64,000 bases of DNA from Raja brachyura (taxonomy: Eukaryota), in NCBI GenBank assembly GCA_963514005.1, contig OY740790.1, positions 4,960,001 to 5,024,000 of the forward strand, written 5' to 3'. Both the position numbers and the translations under genes were made by a program. This document shows, piece by piece, positions 25,357-39,442 of this stretch. The notes under the pieces were generated by a model, which was not told the DNA's origin, searched no databases, and saw only the letters and a list, made by a program, of their open reading frames with translations. Numbering within the stretch: position 1 is the first letter of the stretch; every line of letters begins with the position of its first letter.

Positions 25357-25675
25357 CTGTAATATACACAGGAAAGTCAGACATTGTGTGTGGCAAGGTG
25401 CAGCACAGAAGGTGATCTGTAGGGACAGGCTAACTAAATAATAGACAGTCTGTCCTTAACCTCAGAGATGGACCCTCATGGACAGGGGGTCTGCACCTTT
25501 TCTAGGACCCTCGAGGATTGGTGGTCTGTGCATATTTGTAGGAGATGGACCCTCATGGACAGGTGGTCTTTCATTAGTGGCCCAGGTCAACTCTAAGGGA
25601 TACACAGTCTGAATACCAGTTGTGGGCTGAAGAGAGGTTCCGTACTTGGGCTCAGCTTTCAGATACGGAGTACCC

Positions 25676-25987
25676 TGTTAGTTGTAGTTTAGTGATACAG
25701 CATGGAAACAAGCCCTGCAGCCCACCGAGACTGCGCCGACCAGCGATCCCTGCATATTAGCACTACACTACACACACTAGGGAGAATCTTTTACATTTAC
25801 ACCAAGCCAATTAACCTACAAACCTGTACATCTTTGGAGTTTGGGAGGAAACCGAAGATGTCAGAGAAATCCCACGCAAGTCACGGGGAAAACGTACAAA
25901 CTCCGTACAGACAGCACCTGTAGTCAGGATGGAACCGGATCTCTGGCGCTGTAATGCAGCAACTCTATCGCTGCGCCACCGTGCGCC
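25676..25987 (-). mobile_element. tRNA-derived V-SINE/HE1-like SINE
   Basis: GGCGCACGGTGGCGCAGCG head and GGAGTTTGTACGTTTTCCCCGTGAC core; another copy at 44138-44880 (+) is split by a CR1. Confidence 0.75.
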
Positions 25988-26169
25988 CAACATTTGACAT
26001 GAATACAATGTTTGTTTGATTTTCTTGTTTGAGCCCAGGGTCATTGCCCCAAATACCCAACGTTCTATGAATGTTTGCTGTATCGAGGCCCAAAAGACAG
26101 GAGTAGAGGACAGGAGTAGAGGAGTAGACAAGAAGAAAGGTTCAAAGACCAGGGGGATGTGAAGGGTCC

Positions 26170-29100
26170 CATAGAAACATAGAAACATAGAAAATACGTG
26201 CAGGAGTAGGCCATTCGGACCTTCGAGCCAATACCGCCATTCATTCATGGCTGATCATCCCCAATCAATAACACGTGCCTGCCTCATATCCCTTGATTCC
26301 ACCAGCCCCTAGAGCTCTATCTAACTCTCTCTTAAATCCATCCAATGATTTGGTCTCCACTGCCCTCTGTGGCAGGGAAATCCACAAATTCACAACTCTC
26401 TGGGTGAAAAAGTTTTTTCTCACCTCAGTCTTAAATGGCCTCCCCTTTATTCTAAGACTATGGTCCCTGGTTCTGGACTCGCCCAACATTGGGAACATTT
26501 TTTCCTGCATCTAGCTTGTCCAGTCCTTTTATAATTTTATATGTTTCCATAAGACCCCTCCCCCTCATCCTTCTAAGCCTCAGTGAATAGAAGCCTAGTC
26601 TTTTCAATCTTTCCTCATATGACAGTCCCACCATCCCAGGGATCAATCTCGTGAACCTATCCTGCACTGCCTCAATCACAACAATGTCTTTCCTCAAATT
26701 AGGAGACCAAAACTGTACGCAATACTCCAGATGTGGTCTTACCAGAGCCCTATACAACTGCAGACGAACCTCTTTACTCCTATACTGAAATCCTCTAGTT
26801 ATGAAGGCCAACATTCCATTCGCTTTCTTCACTGCCTGCTGTACCTGCACGCCAACTTCCAGTGACTGGTGTACAAGGGCACCCAGGTCTCGCTGTATCT
26901 TCATCTTACCTAACCTAACCTCATTGAGATAATAATCTGCCCCCTTGTTTTTGCCGCTAAAGTGGATAACCTCACATTTATCTATATTATACTGCATCTG
27001 CCAAGCATCTGCCCACTCACTCAAACTGTCCAGGTCACCCTGCAACCTCCAAACATCCTCTTCACAGTTCACACTTCCGCCCAGCTTTGTGTCATCCGCA
27101 AACTTGCTAGTGTTGCTCCTAATTCCCTCTTCCAAATCATTAATATATATGGTAAACAGTTGCGGCCCCAACAGAAAGCCTTGCGGCACTTCACTCGCCA
27201 CTGCCTGCCATTCGGAAAAGGACCTGTTCACTCTTACTCTTTGCTTCCTGTCTTCCAACCAATTTTCTATTCATGTCAACACCCTACCCCCAATACCATG
27301 TGCTCTAATTTTAGTCACCAGTCTCCCGTGCGGGACCTTATCAAATGCTTTCTGAAAGTCTAGATACATTACATCCACTGGCTCCATTACATTACATTAT
27401 ACAGATACATTACATCCATCCTTCATCCATTTTACTTGTCGCATCCTCAAAAAATTCTAGATTAGTCAAGCATGATTTTCCTCTCATAAATCCATGCTGA
27501 CTTGGACTAATCCTTTTACTGCTATCCAAATGCCCCATTATTACCTCTTTAATAATTAACCAGCATCTTTCCCACCACCGAAGTCAGGCTAACTGGTCTG
27601 TAATTCCCCGTTTTCTCTCTCGCTCCTTTTTTGAAAAGTGGGATAACATTAGATATCCTCCAATCCACAAGAACTCATCCTGAATTTATTGAGCATTGAA
27701 AAATGATCACCAATGCATCCACTATTTCTAGAGCCACCTCCCTGAGGACCCTGGGATGCAGACCATCAGGCCCCGGCGATTTATCATCCTTCAGTCCCAT
27801 TAGCCTACCCTATACTATTTCTCGCCTAATGAAAATGTATTTCAGTTCCTTTACTCCCTTAGATCCTCTGTCCTCCAATACGTCTGGGCGATTGTGTGTG
27901 TCTTCCTTAGTGAAGACAGATCCGAAGTACCCGATCAACTCTTCTGCCATTTCCTTGTTCCCCATAATATTTTCACCCGTGTCTGCTTCAAGGAACCCAC
28001 ATTTGACTTAGCTATAATTTTTCTCTTAACATATCTAAATAAGCTTTTACTGTCCTTCCTTATATTGCTGGCCAGCTTCCCCTCGTACTTCATCTTTTCA
28101 GCCCGTATTGCGCGTATTGTTTCCTTCTGTTGTCTGATGAACGTTTCCCAATCCTCTGGCTTCCGGCTACTCTTTGCTGTGTAATACATCTTTTCTTTTA
28201 GTTTTATTCTATCCCTAACTTCTCTTGTCAGCCACGGTTGCCTCCTACTCCCCTTAGAATATTATTTTCCTTTTTGGAATGAAATGATCCTGCATCTTCC
28301 GGATTATGCCCAGAAATTCTTGCCAATGGTGTTCCACCATCATTCCTGCTCGGATCCCTTTCCAGTCTACCTTGGCCAGCTCCTCTCTCATGGCTTCATA
28401 GTCCCCTTTGTTCAACTACATCACTGAAACTTCCAATTTAACGTTCTCCTTCTCAAATTGCAGATTAAAACTAATCATATTATGATCACTACCTCCAAGT
28501 GGTTCCTTTACCTCGAGTTCTCTTATCAAATCTGGTTCATTGGACAACACTAAATCCCAAATTGCCTTTTCTCTGGTCGGCTCCATTACAAGCTGCTCTA
28601 AGAATCCATCTCGGAGGCACTCTACAAACGCCCTTTCTTGGGGCCCTGAACCAACCTGATTTTCCCAGTCTACCTGAATATTGAAATCCCCCATCACCAC
28701 AGTGGCATTACCTTTGTTACATGTCAGTTTTGACTCCTGCTGCAACTTACACCCTACATCCGGGCTACTATTTGGGGGTCTGTAGATAACACCAATTAGT
28801 GTCTTCTTGCCTTTGCAATTCCTCAACTCAATCCACAGTGACTCTACCTCTTCAGTCCCTATGTCTTCCCTCGCAAGGGACTGAATTCCATCCCTCACCA
28901 GCAGAGCGACCCCCCCCCCCCCTCCTCTGCCCACCTGCCTGTCCTTTCTATAGGATGTATAACCCTGAATATTAAGTTCACAGGCCCGATCCTCCTGCAG
29001 CCACGTCTCAGTATTTCCCACAATGTCATATCTACCAACTTCTAACTGAGCCTCAAGCTCATCTACTTTACTTCTTATACTTCGTGCATTCATATACAAT

Positions 29101-29280
29101 ACTTTTAATTCCTCACGCATCTCACCTTTCACATCGATCCCTATTACACTTGGCCATACTCTTCTATCCCTTTGTGAGCTTTCTTTCCCGTTAATTCTGG
29201 GGTCATTAACTATCCCTTTCCTCCCTTTCCCTTTAACTCCGTCCGTGACTATCCCATTTGACACCCCGCCCCTTATTGTC
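26170..29280 (-). mobile_element. CR1 LINE with near-complete but degenerate ORF2 (endonuclease + RT)
   Basis: MNARS, ETWL, GDFN, SDH (APE endonuclease); PQG, FADD (RT); RPHLEYC; (TTTCTATG)n tail. Confidence 0.93.
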
Positions 29281-29403
29281 CCAGACTGCATCATCTGTTG
29301 GCCGTAGTGTGGTGAGGATTGGAGAGTCAGAGAACAGTGTAGTCAGGAATGGACGGTCACAGTGTGGGTGTCACAAAGTATCTCTGTCGTTGGTCATCGT
29401 TAC

Positions 29404-29543
29404 CTTGACAACGGTGACGAAGGTACTGTAGAGGAAACTGATAATGAACAGGATGGCGAAGGCAGCAACTGTGAGCACATTGTCATCACCATCCAAGTCC
29501 CCCGGCTCCTCCTTCCCTTCCTCTCCTGTCAAGTCTGTGCCGG
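29404..29543 (-). CDS. IgW TM1 exon
   Basis: (A)GTDLTGEEGKEEPGDLDGDDNVLTVAAFAILFIISFLYSTFVTVVK: acidic spacer and CART motif FLYST; AAG|gtaacg donor; alternative in-frame acceptor at 29534. Confidence 0.92.
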
Positions 29544-30470
29544 CTTCAGGACAAATGAGAAGGTGAGACAGTTAGTTTGCCGCAGATGTTTTGAGAAGAT
29601 CAACAACGTGTGAATAAAATGAAGACAACAGGAGGACAGGAAGACAGGAGGCTCAGGTCAGTTCCACCGTTCAATCATATGTGGAGATCTATCACCAGCT
29701 CCACTGAGCTGACTTTCCCCCACATCCATTAACATCTCGTATAGTCAAACTCTGCAATCTCAGATTTAAAATCACCTTCAGACCTGGAACCAAATGCTAA
29801 CTGTGGAAGGCTATTCCAAACTTCCATGAACCTCTGATAGATGCAAAAAGCTGGAGTAACTCAGTGGGACAGGCAGTATCTCTGGAGAGAAGGAATGGAT
29901 GAGGTTTCGCGTCGAGACCCTTCTTCAGACGCCATGACCCACTTCCATGCAGCATGGCTGCCTCTAACTTTTAGATACTGTACTTTGTATAAAGTTGGAT
30001 TTCCATCAATCAGGGAGATCATTTGTAACCCAGGGAGCACTGTACACAACTAAAAAATAATTCCTCCTCATCTAGTTAGTTTAGTTTATTGTCACGTGTA
30101 CCGAGGTACAGTGAAAAGCTTTTGTTGCGTGCTAACCAGTCAGCGGAAAGACAAAATATGATTACAAATGAGTCATTCACAGTGTATACATACATGATAA
30201 GGGATTAACCTTTAGTGCAAGGTAAAGCCAGTAAAGTCCGATCAAAGATAGTCCGAGGGTCTCCAGTGAGGGAGATAGTAGTTCAGGACCGCTCTCTGGT
30301 TGTGGTAGGGTGATTCAGTTGCCTGATAACAGCTGGGAAGAAACTGTCCCTGAATGTGGAGGTGTGTAAATAGTTCTTCCCAGGAAAATCTATTCCGTTA
30401 GCTCCCATTAACTTTGTGAAAACACCAAATAAATCTTCCTTTAGCCTTCTAAATGACAACTTATTCAGCA

Positions 30471-31170
30471 TCATGAAAGTAAGCATGCAGGTAGGTACAG
30501 CAGGCAGTGAAGAAAGTGAATGGCATGTTGGCCTTCATAACAAGAGGAGTTGAGTCTTGGAGCAAAGAGGTCCTTCTGCAGTTCTACCGGGCCCTAGTGA
30601 GACCACACCTGGAGTATTGTGTGCAGTTTTGGTCCCTTAATTTGAGGAACGGCATTCTTGCTATTGAGGGAGTGCCGCGTAGGTTTACAAGGTTAAATCC
30701 CAGGATGGTGGGATTATCATATGCTGAGAGAATGGAGCGGTTGGGCTTGTATAGTCTAGAGTTTAGAAGGATGAGAGGTGATCTTATTGAAACATATAAG
30801 ATTATTAAGGGTTTGGACATGCTAGATGCAGGAAACACGTTACCGATGTTGGGCGAGTCCAGAACCAGGGGCCACAGTTTAAGAATAAGGGGTACGCCAT
30901 TTAGAATGGAGACGAGGAAACGCTTTTTCACACAGAGAGTTGTGAGTCTGTGGAATTTTCTGCCTCCGAGGGCGGTGGAGGCTGGTTCTCTGGATACTTT
31001 CAAGAGAGAGATAGACAGGGCTCTTAAAGATAGACAAGATAGTCAGGGGATATGGGGAGAAGGCAGGAACGGGGTACTGATTGTGGATGATCAGCCATGA
31101 TCACATTGAATGGCTGTGCTGGTTTGAAGGGCCGAATGACCTACTCCCGCACCTATTGTCTATTGTCTAT
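30471..31170 (+). mobile_element. CR1 3' fragment
   Basis: ORF 30507-31100 with RPHLEYC...RRMRGDLIE. Confidence 0.88.
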
Positions 31171-34100
31171 TTGGGTGTGGTCCACACACATTTAAAGAGC
31201 TGGTTCTTGCCACAGATTTGCCCATTCACTTCATGTATCCTTATCTCAGCAAGGACACCATCCAGATGCTCTGTTGACACTTCTGCTTGCCTTGTGTGAG
31301 CGGCAAACGTGATCGTGTGGCTTTCTATCCGACATCTCAACTATCAATAAATATAGTGAATACCTTCAGCCCTGAACACATTTCCACAGGCAAAGCTCAT
31401 CACTGGCCCTTCCTTCTGTAACTTTCCACTTTCTGAATGCGTTTATGAAATGCATTCACGAAGATGATCAAAACACCTTTCCCTATTCTTTAGCTTTGAA
31501 TATTTTAAAGACCAGAAAGGTTCATCAGGAATGTGTGGGAAGGAACTGCACATGCTGGTTTACACCGAAGATAGACACAAAATGCTGGAGTAACTCTGTA
31601 GGACACGCAGCATCTCTGGGTAGAAGGAATGGGTGATGGTTCGGGGTCGAGACCCTCCTTCAGAATGCTGTATTCTTTGGACGGAGACTAATACATGTAT
31701 ATTTACATAATCTGTAGAAATATATAGAGTGAAAGACAATGTGCAATCTTAGATCCAGGTCACCTGTTCCCCACCAACTTGGCAACACCTCCCAAAACGC
31801 ACCAACAGGGAACACCAACTCCAACACTACATGTCTATTCTTTATTGAACATTGATAGGTTACATTGACACAAACACACATGCAGCCTCTCGTGGGGTCT
31901 CTGCAGGTTTCAAGCTGGATCAGCCTGACACAAAGACGTTTTCATACAAACTGCAAGTTCTCTGAAACTTTGGTAATTAATGTTTCAAGGGCCAAGAGAG
32001 TTTTATTGTCATGTGTCCCAGATAGGACAATGAAATTCTTGCTTTATGCAGCACAACAGAATATGTAAACATAATACAGAACAAGAGATAAAAGTTCAGT
32101 GTGTCTATAGACCATATATATATACACAATAAATAAACAGATAAAAGTGCAATAGGCTGTTATTGTTCAGAGTTTGTTTGATGACCTGATGGCTGTGGGG
32201 AACTGCCTATTCCTGAACCTAGATGTTCCAGATTTCAAGCCCCTGTATCTTCTTCCCGATGGCAACGGAGAGATGAGTGTGGCCAGAATGGTGGGGGTCT
32301 TTGATGATGTTGGCAGCCTTTTTGAGGCAGCGACTGTGATAGATCCCTTCGATGGTGGGGAGGTCAGAGCCGATGATGGACTGGGCAGTGGTCACAACGT
32401 TCTGCATTCTTTTCCGTTCCTGGATGTTCAAATTGCCGAACCAAGCCATGATGCAACCAGTTATGTTTAACCAAAAAGTTATGTTTGATATGGATTTGGT
32501 CTGGAATCCATTTTCATTCTCAGTTGCCGTTCTCTCCCTGGCTGAGTAATGTACACCGATGTGAACCCTGGAACACCAGTCTGCACGAGGCACTGCATAG
32601 CAGTGACTTTCTGGAGAGACATTCCTTTTGCTCAAGAGTAGCAACTGCTCAACTAACCACAACATGGTCTTGTTACTGTCGGCACAATATCACAGAGGAG
32701 ATAACCACATTTGACAGAGTGCAGGAGATGATTAGACACACAGATGTACAACCAGGCTCCTTTACCCAGAGTAGGGCAATCAAGAGCCAGAGGACATGGG
32801 TTTAAGGTGAGGGGGACAGATTTAATGGGAATCCGAGGGGCAACTTTTCCACACAGAGGGCACTGGGTCCATGGAATGTGCTGCGGGAGGAGGTAGTTGA
32901 TGCAGAGACTATAACAATGTTTAAAAGTTATTTGGACAGCTACATGGATAGGACGAATAGTGAAAGGCCTGGATAAAGCGGATGTAAAGAGGATGATTCC
33001 ACTGGTGGGAGAGTCGAGGACCATAGCCTCAGAATTAAAGGATGTTCCTCTAGGAAGATGAGGAGGAATTTGTTTAGTCACAGGGTAGAGAATCTGAGGG
33101 ATTCATTGCCACAGAAGGCTGTGGAGTCCCACTCAATGGGTATTTTTAAAGCAGATATAGATCGATTCTTGATTAGTATTGGTGTCAAGGGGAGAAGGCA
33201 GGAGAATGGGGTTAGGAAGGAGAGATAAATCAGCCAGGATTGAATGGCAGACTATACTTGATGGGCTGAATGGCCTAATTCTGCTCCTATCAATTATGGA
33301 CTTGAGATGTTCAGTGATTTGGGCCAAACACGGGGAGACAGGACTAGTGTAGATCAGGCACCTTGGTTGGCAAAGGCAAGCTGAGCCGAAGGGCCTGTTA
33401 CCGTCCTGTAGAAATCTATGGCTCCATGATCACTCCAATGCCAACATGGTTGTACCCAGCTCCATCCACACAATGGACTTTCTGATGGACCTCTTTTCCA
33501 GTGTCGACAAACAATTGTACAAGTACAAATACTCGACCCCACTCTTCAAATTAGCAGCAAGACAACTAGTCTGAGATGCCACACACAGAGGGCCGACAAC
33601 AATAAGTGGACTGACCCTGTGACACTAATTTTGAAGAACAGCAGGCTTGGTCTTCTCAGTGTCCTGGCTACTGAGGAGTTTTGGAATAAACTCAAGTTGT
33701 GAAAGCACAGAAATATTTAGCATTGTGTCCTAGTTCTGGTTGCATTGTGGCCTGATTCGGCAACTTGAACGTCCAGGAGCAAAAAAGACTACAAAAAGTT
33801 GTAACCACTGCCCAGTTCATCGCCGGCTTTGACCTCCGCACCGTCAAAGGGATCTTTCATAGTCGCTGCCTCAAAAAGGCAGCCAAAATCATCAAGGACC
33901 CACACCATCCTGGCCACACACTCATCTCACCATTGCCATCAGGAAGAAGTTACAGGAGCCTGAAAACTGTAACGTTCAGGTACAGGAACAGCTTCTTCCC
34001 TGCAGCCATCAGGCTATTAAACACAATGAATAAGCTCTGAGCTCTGAACTGCAAAATACTATATTATTGTTTGTTATTTGCACTATTTGTTATTTATTGA

Positions 34101-34375
34101 ACTTTTTCTTTTTTTCTCTTCCCCCATTATGCACTATGTTTACATATTCACATATTCTGTTGTGCTGCAGCAAGTAAGAAATTCATTGTCCCGTCCGCAT
34201 ATGACAATAAAACACTCTTGACTCTTCTTGACTCTAGTCCAGGCCTCTTGATTATCACTCACTCACTCACTCACTCACACACTGCAACATCTGTCCTTCA
34301 GTGCTAAACTTGCCTGGCCCCTATTTTGTGATGGGGTAAAAGATGTGATCATTAGAGTGAATCCCAGCACGCTAC

Positions 34376-34693
34376 CTTGAAAGCTTTTCACTTCCCCGCT
34401 GATACTGGTGTTCGAGGGGGGATGAGACACTGTACAGCTGAAGACTGAGCCTTTCTTCCAATCCTCTGAACTCACAGTCAGGAAATGACTCGCACTGAAA
34501 GTCCCCCCCTGCTCCAGAGCAGTCGGTGTAGCGCTGGTGGTGGAGGAGATCGGGGCTCCGTCTTTCTCCCAAGTGATGTTTATGAGGTCCGGGTAGAAAC
34601 CAGAGAGCACACACTCGAGGGTGGCTGTGTGGCTACGCTTGGTCTCTTCATGAGCTGGAGGCAGCAGTCTGACCTTGGGTTTTTTTGTTTCAA
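34376..34693 (-). CDS. IgW CH4-like exon, cassette 6 (B6)
   Basis: 318 nt, cag|...|gtagc, C1-set LECVLSGFYP..W..FSCTVSH. Confidence 0.92.
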
Positions 34694-34735
34694 CTGGAAC
34701 AGAGGAGCAAAGTAAATGTGAGACCCTCTTCCTCA

Positions 34736-35041
34736 AGGGCCTGTCCCAATTACGCGATTTTTTTCGTCGAAAGTTTTCAGCATGTTGAATATCCAGCGGC
34801 CACCAGAAAAAGGTACGAATCTTTGGGCAACTACTCACGACCATACAGGCTTCACTCCGCAACATGACGCCAGGGTGTCGCCTGTATGTTCATGAGTAGT
34901 CTCCTCAGTCACCCAAAGAGTCGGACTGTCTTTCTGGAATTTTCCAGAACTTTCAACATGTTGAATATTTTCGCCGACCTGCAATGACCTATGACGGGTA
35001 CCGGCAGTCGCCAAAAAAGTCGTGTAAGTGGGACAGGCCCA
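34736..35041. mobile_element. Palindromic Harbinger-like MITE; further copies at 36742-37038, 38758-39093, 40794-41132, 48296-48626, 50349-50689
   Basis: Terminal inverted repeats GGGCCTGTCCCA...TGGGACAGGCCC, 3-bp TCA target duplication, internal palindrome. Confidence 0.85.
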
Positions 35042-35087
35042 TCATGGTAACTAATGTTGGCCATATCATTGCCGATCTCTCGCCCAC

Positions 35088-35390
35088 CTTTGGCACTTTC
35101 TGTCCGTGCTGACACTGGTGAGGATGATGGAGATCGTTGGGCAGAGCACACAACCTCCACCCCGCTGGTCCATTCCTCCACACTGCTCCGGAGTTTACTG
35201 CTCACTCTGTCTTGGGTCCTTTCTCCTCTCGGTTGGCGGGTCACAGCCCCTATAGTTCTCTCCCTTCCGCTCACTTGCCAGTAAATTTGGACATGGCTCA
35301 GATCAGCACCCATTACCACGCACACCACAGTAGCGGTCTTGTTGATCCAAATCTCTTCAGTGGAGGGGTTTTGGATAAAGACAGACAATT
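35088..35390 (-). CDS. IgW CH3-like exon, cassette 6 (A6)
   Basis: 303 nt, ctgcag|...AAAG|gtgggc, EEIWINKTATVVC..W..WTSGVEVVC. Confidence 0.92.
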
Positions 35391-35431
35391 CTGCAGATGA
35401 GAAATAGGAAGCTTACAAACCGAACAAGGTC

Positions 35432-36255
35432 TGGTGTTGTCGTCACCAATCAACTGGACTCTGATGACTTGCATTCATTTTCCAGACTCACTTTATTGAC
35501 GTGTGCACAAGGAACAACCTCTCTCTCAATGTCAGCAAAACTAAAGAGATGATTATGGACTACAGGAGATAGCAGGTGAGTGGACACCTCCCATCCACAT
35601 CGGTGATGCTGAGGTTGAAAGGGTCAGCAGCTTCAAGTTCCTCAGTGTGCACATCACTGAGGACCTCTCCTGGACACTGCACACAGACACAATAACAAAG
35701 AAAGCCCGCCAGCGGCTCTTTTTCCTGAGAAGACTGAGCAAGTTTTGCATGAACGCCAGCATCCTCACAAACTTCCACAGATGCACCATCGAGAGCCTGC
35801 TGACGGGCTGCATCACAGTCTGGTACGGGAACTGTTCTGCTCACAGCCGCAAATCACTACAGAGAGTGGTGAAGGCGGCACAGCTCATCACTGGCAACTG
35901 TCTCCTGGCCATTCAGGATATTTTCCACTGGCGGTGCCTGCGGAAGGCACACAGCATCATCAAGAACCACAGCCACCAAGCACGCAGACTGTTCTCCTTG
36001 TTACCGTCAGGCAGACGATACAGGAGCATGGCAGCAAGTACCACCAGACTTAAGAACAGTTTTTACCATCAGGCTACTAGGCTAAATACTCTATCATTAT
36101 TTGTTATTTGCACTATATTTGTTATTTAGTTAACATTCTTTCACTTCCCCCGTTATGCACTATGTTTACATATTCACATATTCTGTTGTGCTGCAGCAAG
36201 TAAGAATTTCCTTGTCCCGTCCGCGACATATAACAATAAAACACTCTTTACTCTA
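35432..36255 (+). mobile_element. Rex1/Babar-like LINE 3' fragment between cassettes; also 37435-38265, 39485-40305, 47372-47805, 49020-49860
   Basis: KKARQRLFFLRRL...CTIES.LTGCITVWYGNC...LQRVVKAAQ; CAATAAAACACTCTT tail. Confidence 0.85.
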
Positions 36256-36381
36256 GTCTATGCCCCTTGATTATCATTCACTCACACACTGCAACACCAG
36301 TCCTTCAGTGCTAAACGTGCCTGGCTCTATTTTGTGATGGGGTAAAAGATGTGATCATTAGAGTGAATCCCAGCACCGTAC

Positions 36382-36699
36382 CTTGAAAGCTTTTCACTTC
36401 CCGGCTGATACTGGTGTTCGAGGGCGGATGAGACACTGTACAGCTGAAGACTGAGCCTTTCTTCCAATCCTCTGAACTCACAGTCAGGAAGTGGCTGGCA
36501 CTGAAAGTCCCCCCCTGCTCCAGAGCAGTCGGTGCAGCGCTGGTGGTGGAGGAGATCGGGGCTCCGTCTTTCTCCCAAGTGACGTTTATGAGGTCCGGGT
36601 AGAAACCAGAGAGCACACACTCGAGGGTGGCTGTGTGGCTATGCTTGGTCTCTTCATGAGCTGGAGGCAGCAGTCTGACCTTGGGACTTTTTGTTTCAA
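36382..36699 (-). CDS. IgW CH4-like exon, cassette 5 (B5)
   Basis: 318 nt open, AG/GT, phase 1/1. Confidence 0.92.
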
Positions 36700-37084
36700 C
36701 TGGAACAGAGGAGCAAAGAAGATGTAAGACCCTCTTCCTCAAGGACCTGTCCCACTTATGTGACTTTTTCGGCGACTGCCGGCACCCGTCATAGGTCGTT
36801 ACAGGTCGCCAAAAATTTTCAACGTGTTGAAAATCAGGCGGCAACCACAACAAGGTGCGACATGTCGCCAGGGTGACGCCTGTATGATCGTGAGTTGTCT
36901 CCTCAGTCGCCCAAAGAGTCATAACATCTTTCTGGTCACCACTGGATTTTCAACATGTTGTATTTTTTTGCCGACCTGCAACTACCTATGACGGGTCCCG
37001 GCAGTCGCCGAAAAAGTCGCGTAAGTGGGACAGGCCCATCATGGTAACTAATGTTGGCCATATCATTGCCGATCTCTCGCCCAC

Positions 37085-37387
37085 CTTTGGCACTTTCTGT
37101 CCGTGCTGACACTGGTGAGGATGATGGAGATCGTTGGGCAGAGCACACAACCTCCACCCCGCTGGTCCATTCCTCCACACTGCTCCGGAGTTTACTGCTC
37201 ACTCTGTCTTGGGTCCTCTCTCCTCTCGGTTGGCGGGTCACAGCCCCTGTAGTTCTCTCCCTGCCGCTCACTTGCCAGTAGATTTGGACCTGGCTCAGAT
37301 CAGCACCCATTACCACGCACACCACAGTAGCGGTCTTGTTGATCCAAATCTCTTCAGTGGAGGGGTTTTGGATAAAGACAGACAATT
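37085..37387 (-). CDS. IgW CH3-like exon, cassette 5 (A5)
   Basis: 303 nt open, AG/GT, phase 1/1. Confidence 0.92.
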
Positions 37388-38397
37388 CTGCAGATGAGAA
37401 ATAGGAAGCTTACAAACCAGACAAGGTCTGGTGTTGTTGTCACCGATTAACTGGACTCTGACGACTTGCATTCATTTTCCAGACTCACTTTACTAACGTG
37501 TGCACAAGGAACAACCTCTCTCTCAATGTCAGCAAAACTAAAGATGATCATGGACTACAGGAGACAGCAGGTGAGTGGACACCTCCCATCCACATCGGTG
37601 ATGCTGAGGTTGAAAGTGTCAGCAGCTTCAAGTTCCTCAGTGTGCACATCACTGAGGACCTCTCCTGGATACTGGACACATGCACATTAACAAAGAAAGC
37701 CCGCCAGCGGCTCTTTTTCCTGAGAAGACTGAGCAAGTTTGGCATGAACGCCAGCATCCTCACAAACTTCTACAGATGCACCATCAAGAGCCTGCTGACG
37801 GGCTGCATCACAGTCTGGTACGGGAACTGTTCTGCTCACAGCCGCAAATCACTACAGAGAGTGGTGAAGGCGGCACAGCTCATCACTGGCAACTGTCTCC
37901 TGGCCATTCAGGACATTTTCCACTGGCGGTGCCTGCGGAAGGCACACAGCATCATCAAGGACCACAGCCACCCAGCACACAGACTGTTCTCCTTGTTATC
38001 GTCAAGCAGACGATACAGGAGCATTGCTGCAAGTACCACCAGACTTAAGAACGGTTTTTACCATCAGGCCATCAGGCTAAATACACTATCATTATTTGTT
38101 ATTTGCACTACATTTGTTATTTATTGAACTTTTTCTTTTTTTCTCTTACCCCGTTATGCACTATGTTAACATATTCACATATTCTGTTGTGCTGCAGCAA
38201 GTAAGAATTTCCTTGTCCCGTCCGGGACATATAACAATAAAACACTCTTGACTCTTCTGGACTCTAGTCCAGGCCTCTTGCTTATCACTCACTGACTCAC
38301 ACACAGCAACACCTGTCCTTCAGTGCTAAACGTGCCTGGCCCCTATTTTGTGATGGGGTAAAAGATGTGATCATTAGAGTGAATCGCAGCACCGTAC

Positions 38398-38715
38398 CTT
38401 GAAAGCTTTTCACTTCCCGGCTGATACTGGTGTTCGAAGGGGGATGAGACACTGTACAGCCGAAGACTGAGCCTTTCTTCCAATCCTCTGAACTCACAGT
38501 CAGGAAGTGGCTGGCACTGAAAGTCCCCCCCTGCTCCAGAGCAGTCGGTGTAGCGCTGGTGGTGGAGGAGATCGGGCCTCCGTCTTTCTCCCAAGTGACG
38601 TTTATGAGGTCCGGGTAGAAACCAGAGAGCACACACTCGAGGGTGGCTGTGTTGCTCTGCTTGGTCTCTTCATGAGCTGGAGGCAGCAGTCTGACCTTGG
38701 GACTTTTTGTTTCAA
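38398..38715 (-). CDS. IgW CH4-like exon, cassette 4 (B4)
   Basis: 318 nt open, tag acceptor, gtacgg donor. Confidence 0.92.
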
Positions 38716-39139
38716 CTAGAACAGAGGAGCAAAGTAGATGTGAGACCCTCTTCCTCAAGGGCCTGTCCCACTTACGTGACTTTTTCGGCGACTGCCGGCA
38801 CCCGTTATAGGTCGTTACAGGTCGACACAAATTTTCAACATGTTGAAAATCCAGCGGCGACCAGAACAAGGTACGACTCTTTGGGCGACTACTCACGACC
38901 ATGCAGGCTTCACCCCATGACATGTCGCCAGGTCGCCTGTATGGTCGTGAGCAGTCTCCTCAGTCGCCCAAAGAGGCGTAGCGTCTTCCGAGTCACCGCT
39001 GGATTTTCAACGTTGAAATTTTTCAGCCACCTGCAACGACATTTGACGGGTCCCAGCAGTCGCCAAAAAAGTTGCGTAAGTGGGACAGGCCCAACATGGT
39101 AACTAATGTTGGCCATATCATTGCCAATCTCTCGCCCAC

Positions 39140-39442
39140 CTTTGGCACTTTCTGTCCGTACTGACACTGGTGAGGATGATGGAGATCGTTGGACAGAGCA
39201 CACAACCTCCACCCCGCTGGTCCATTCCTCCACACTGCTCCGGAGTTTACTGCTCACTTTGTCTTGGGTCCTTTCCCCTCTCGGTTGGCGGGTCACAGCC
39301 CCTGGAGTTCTCTCTCTTCCGCTCACTTGCCAGTAGATTTGGACCTGGCTCAGATCAGCACCCATTACCACGCACACCACAGTAGCGGTCTTGTTGATCC
39401 AAATCTCTTCAGTGGAGGGGTTTTGGATAAAGACAGACAATT
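39140..39442 (-). CDS. IgW CH3-like exon, cassette 4 (A4)
   Basis: 303 nt open, AG/GT. Confidence 0.92.
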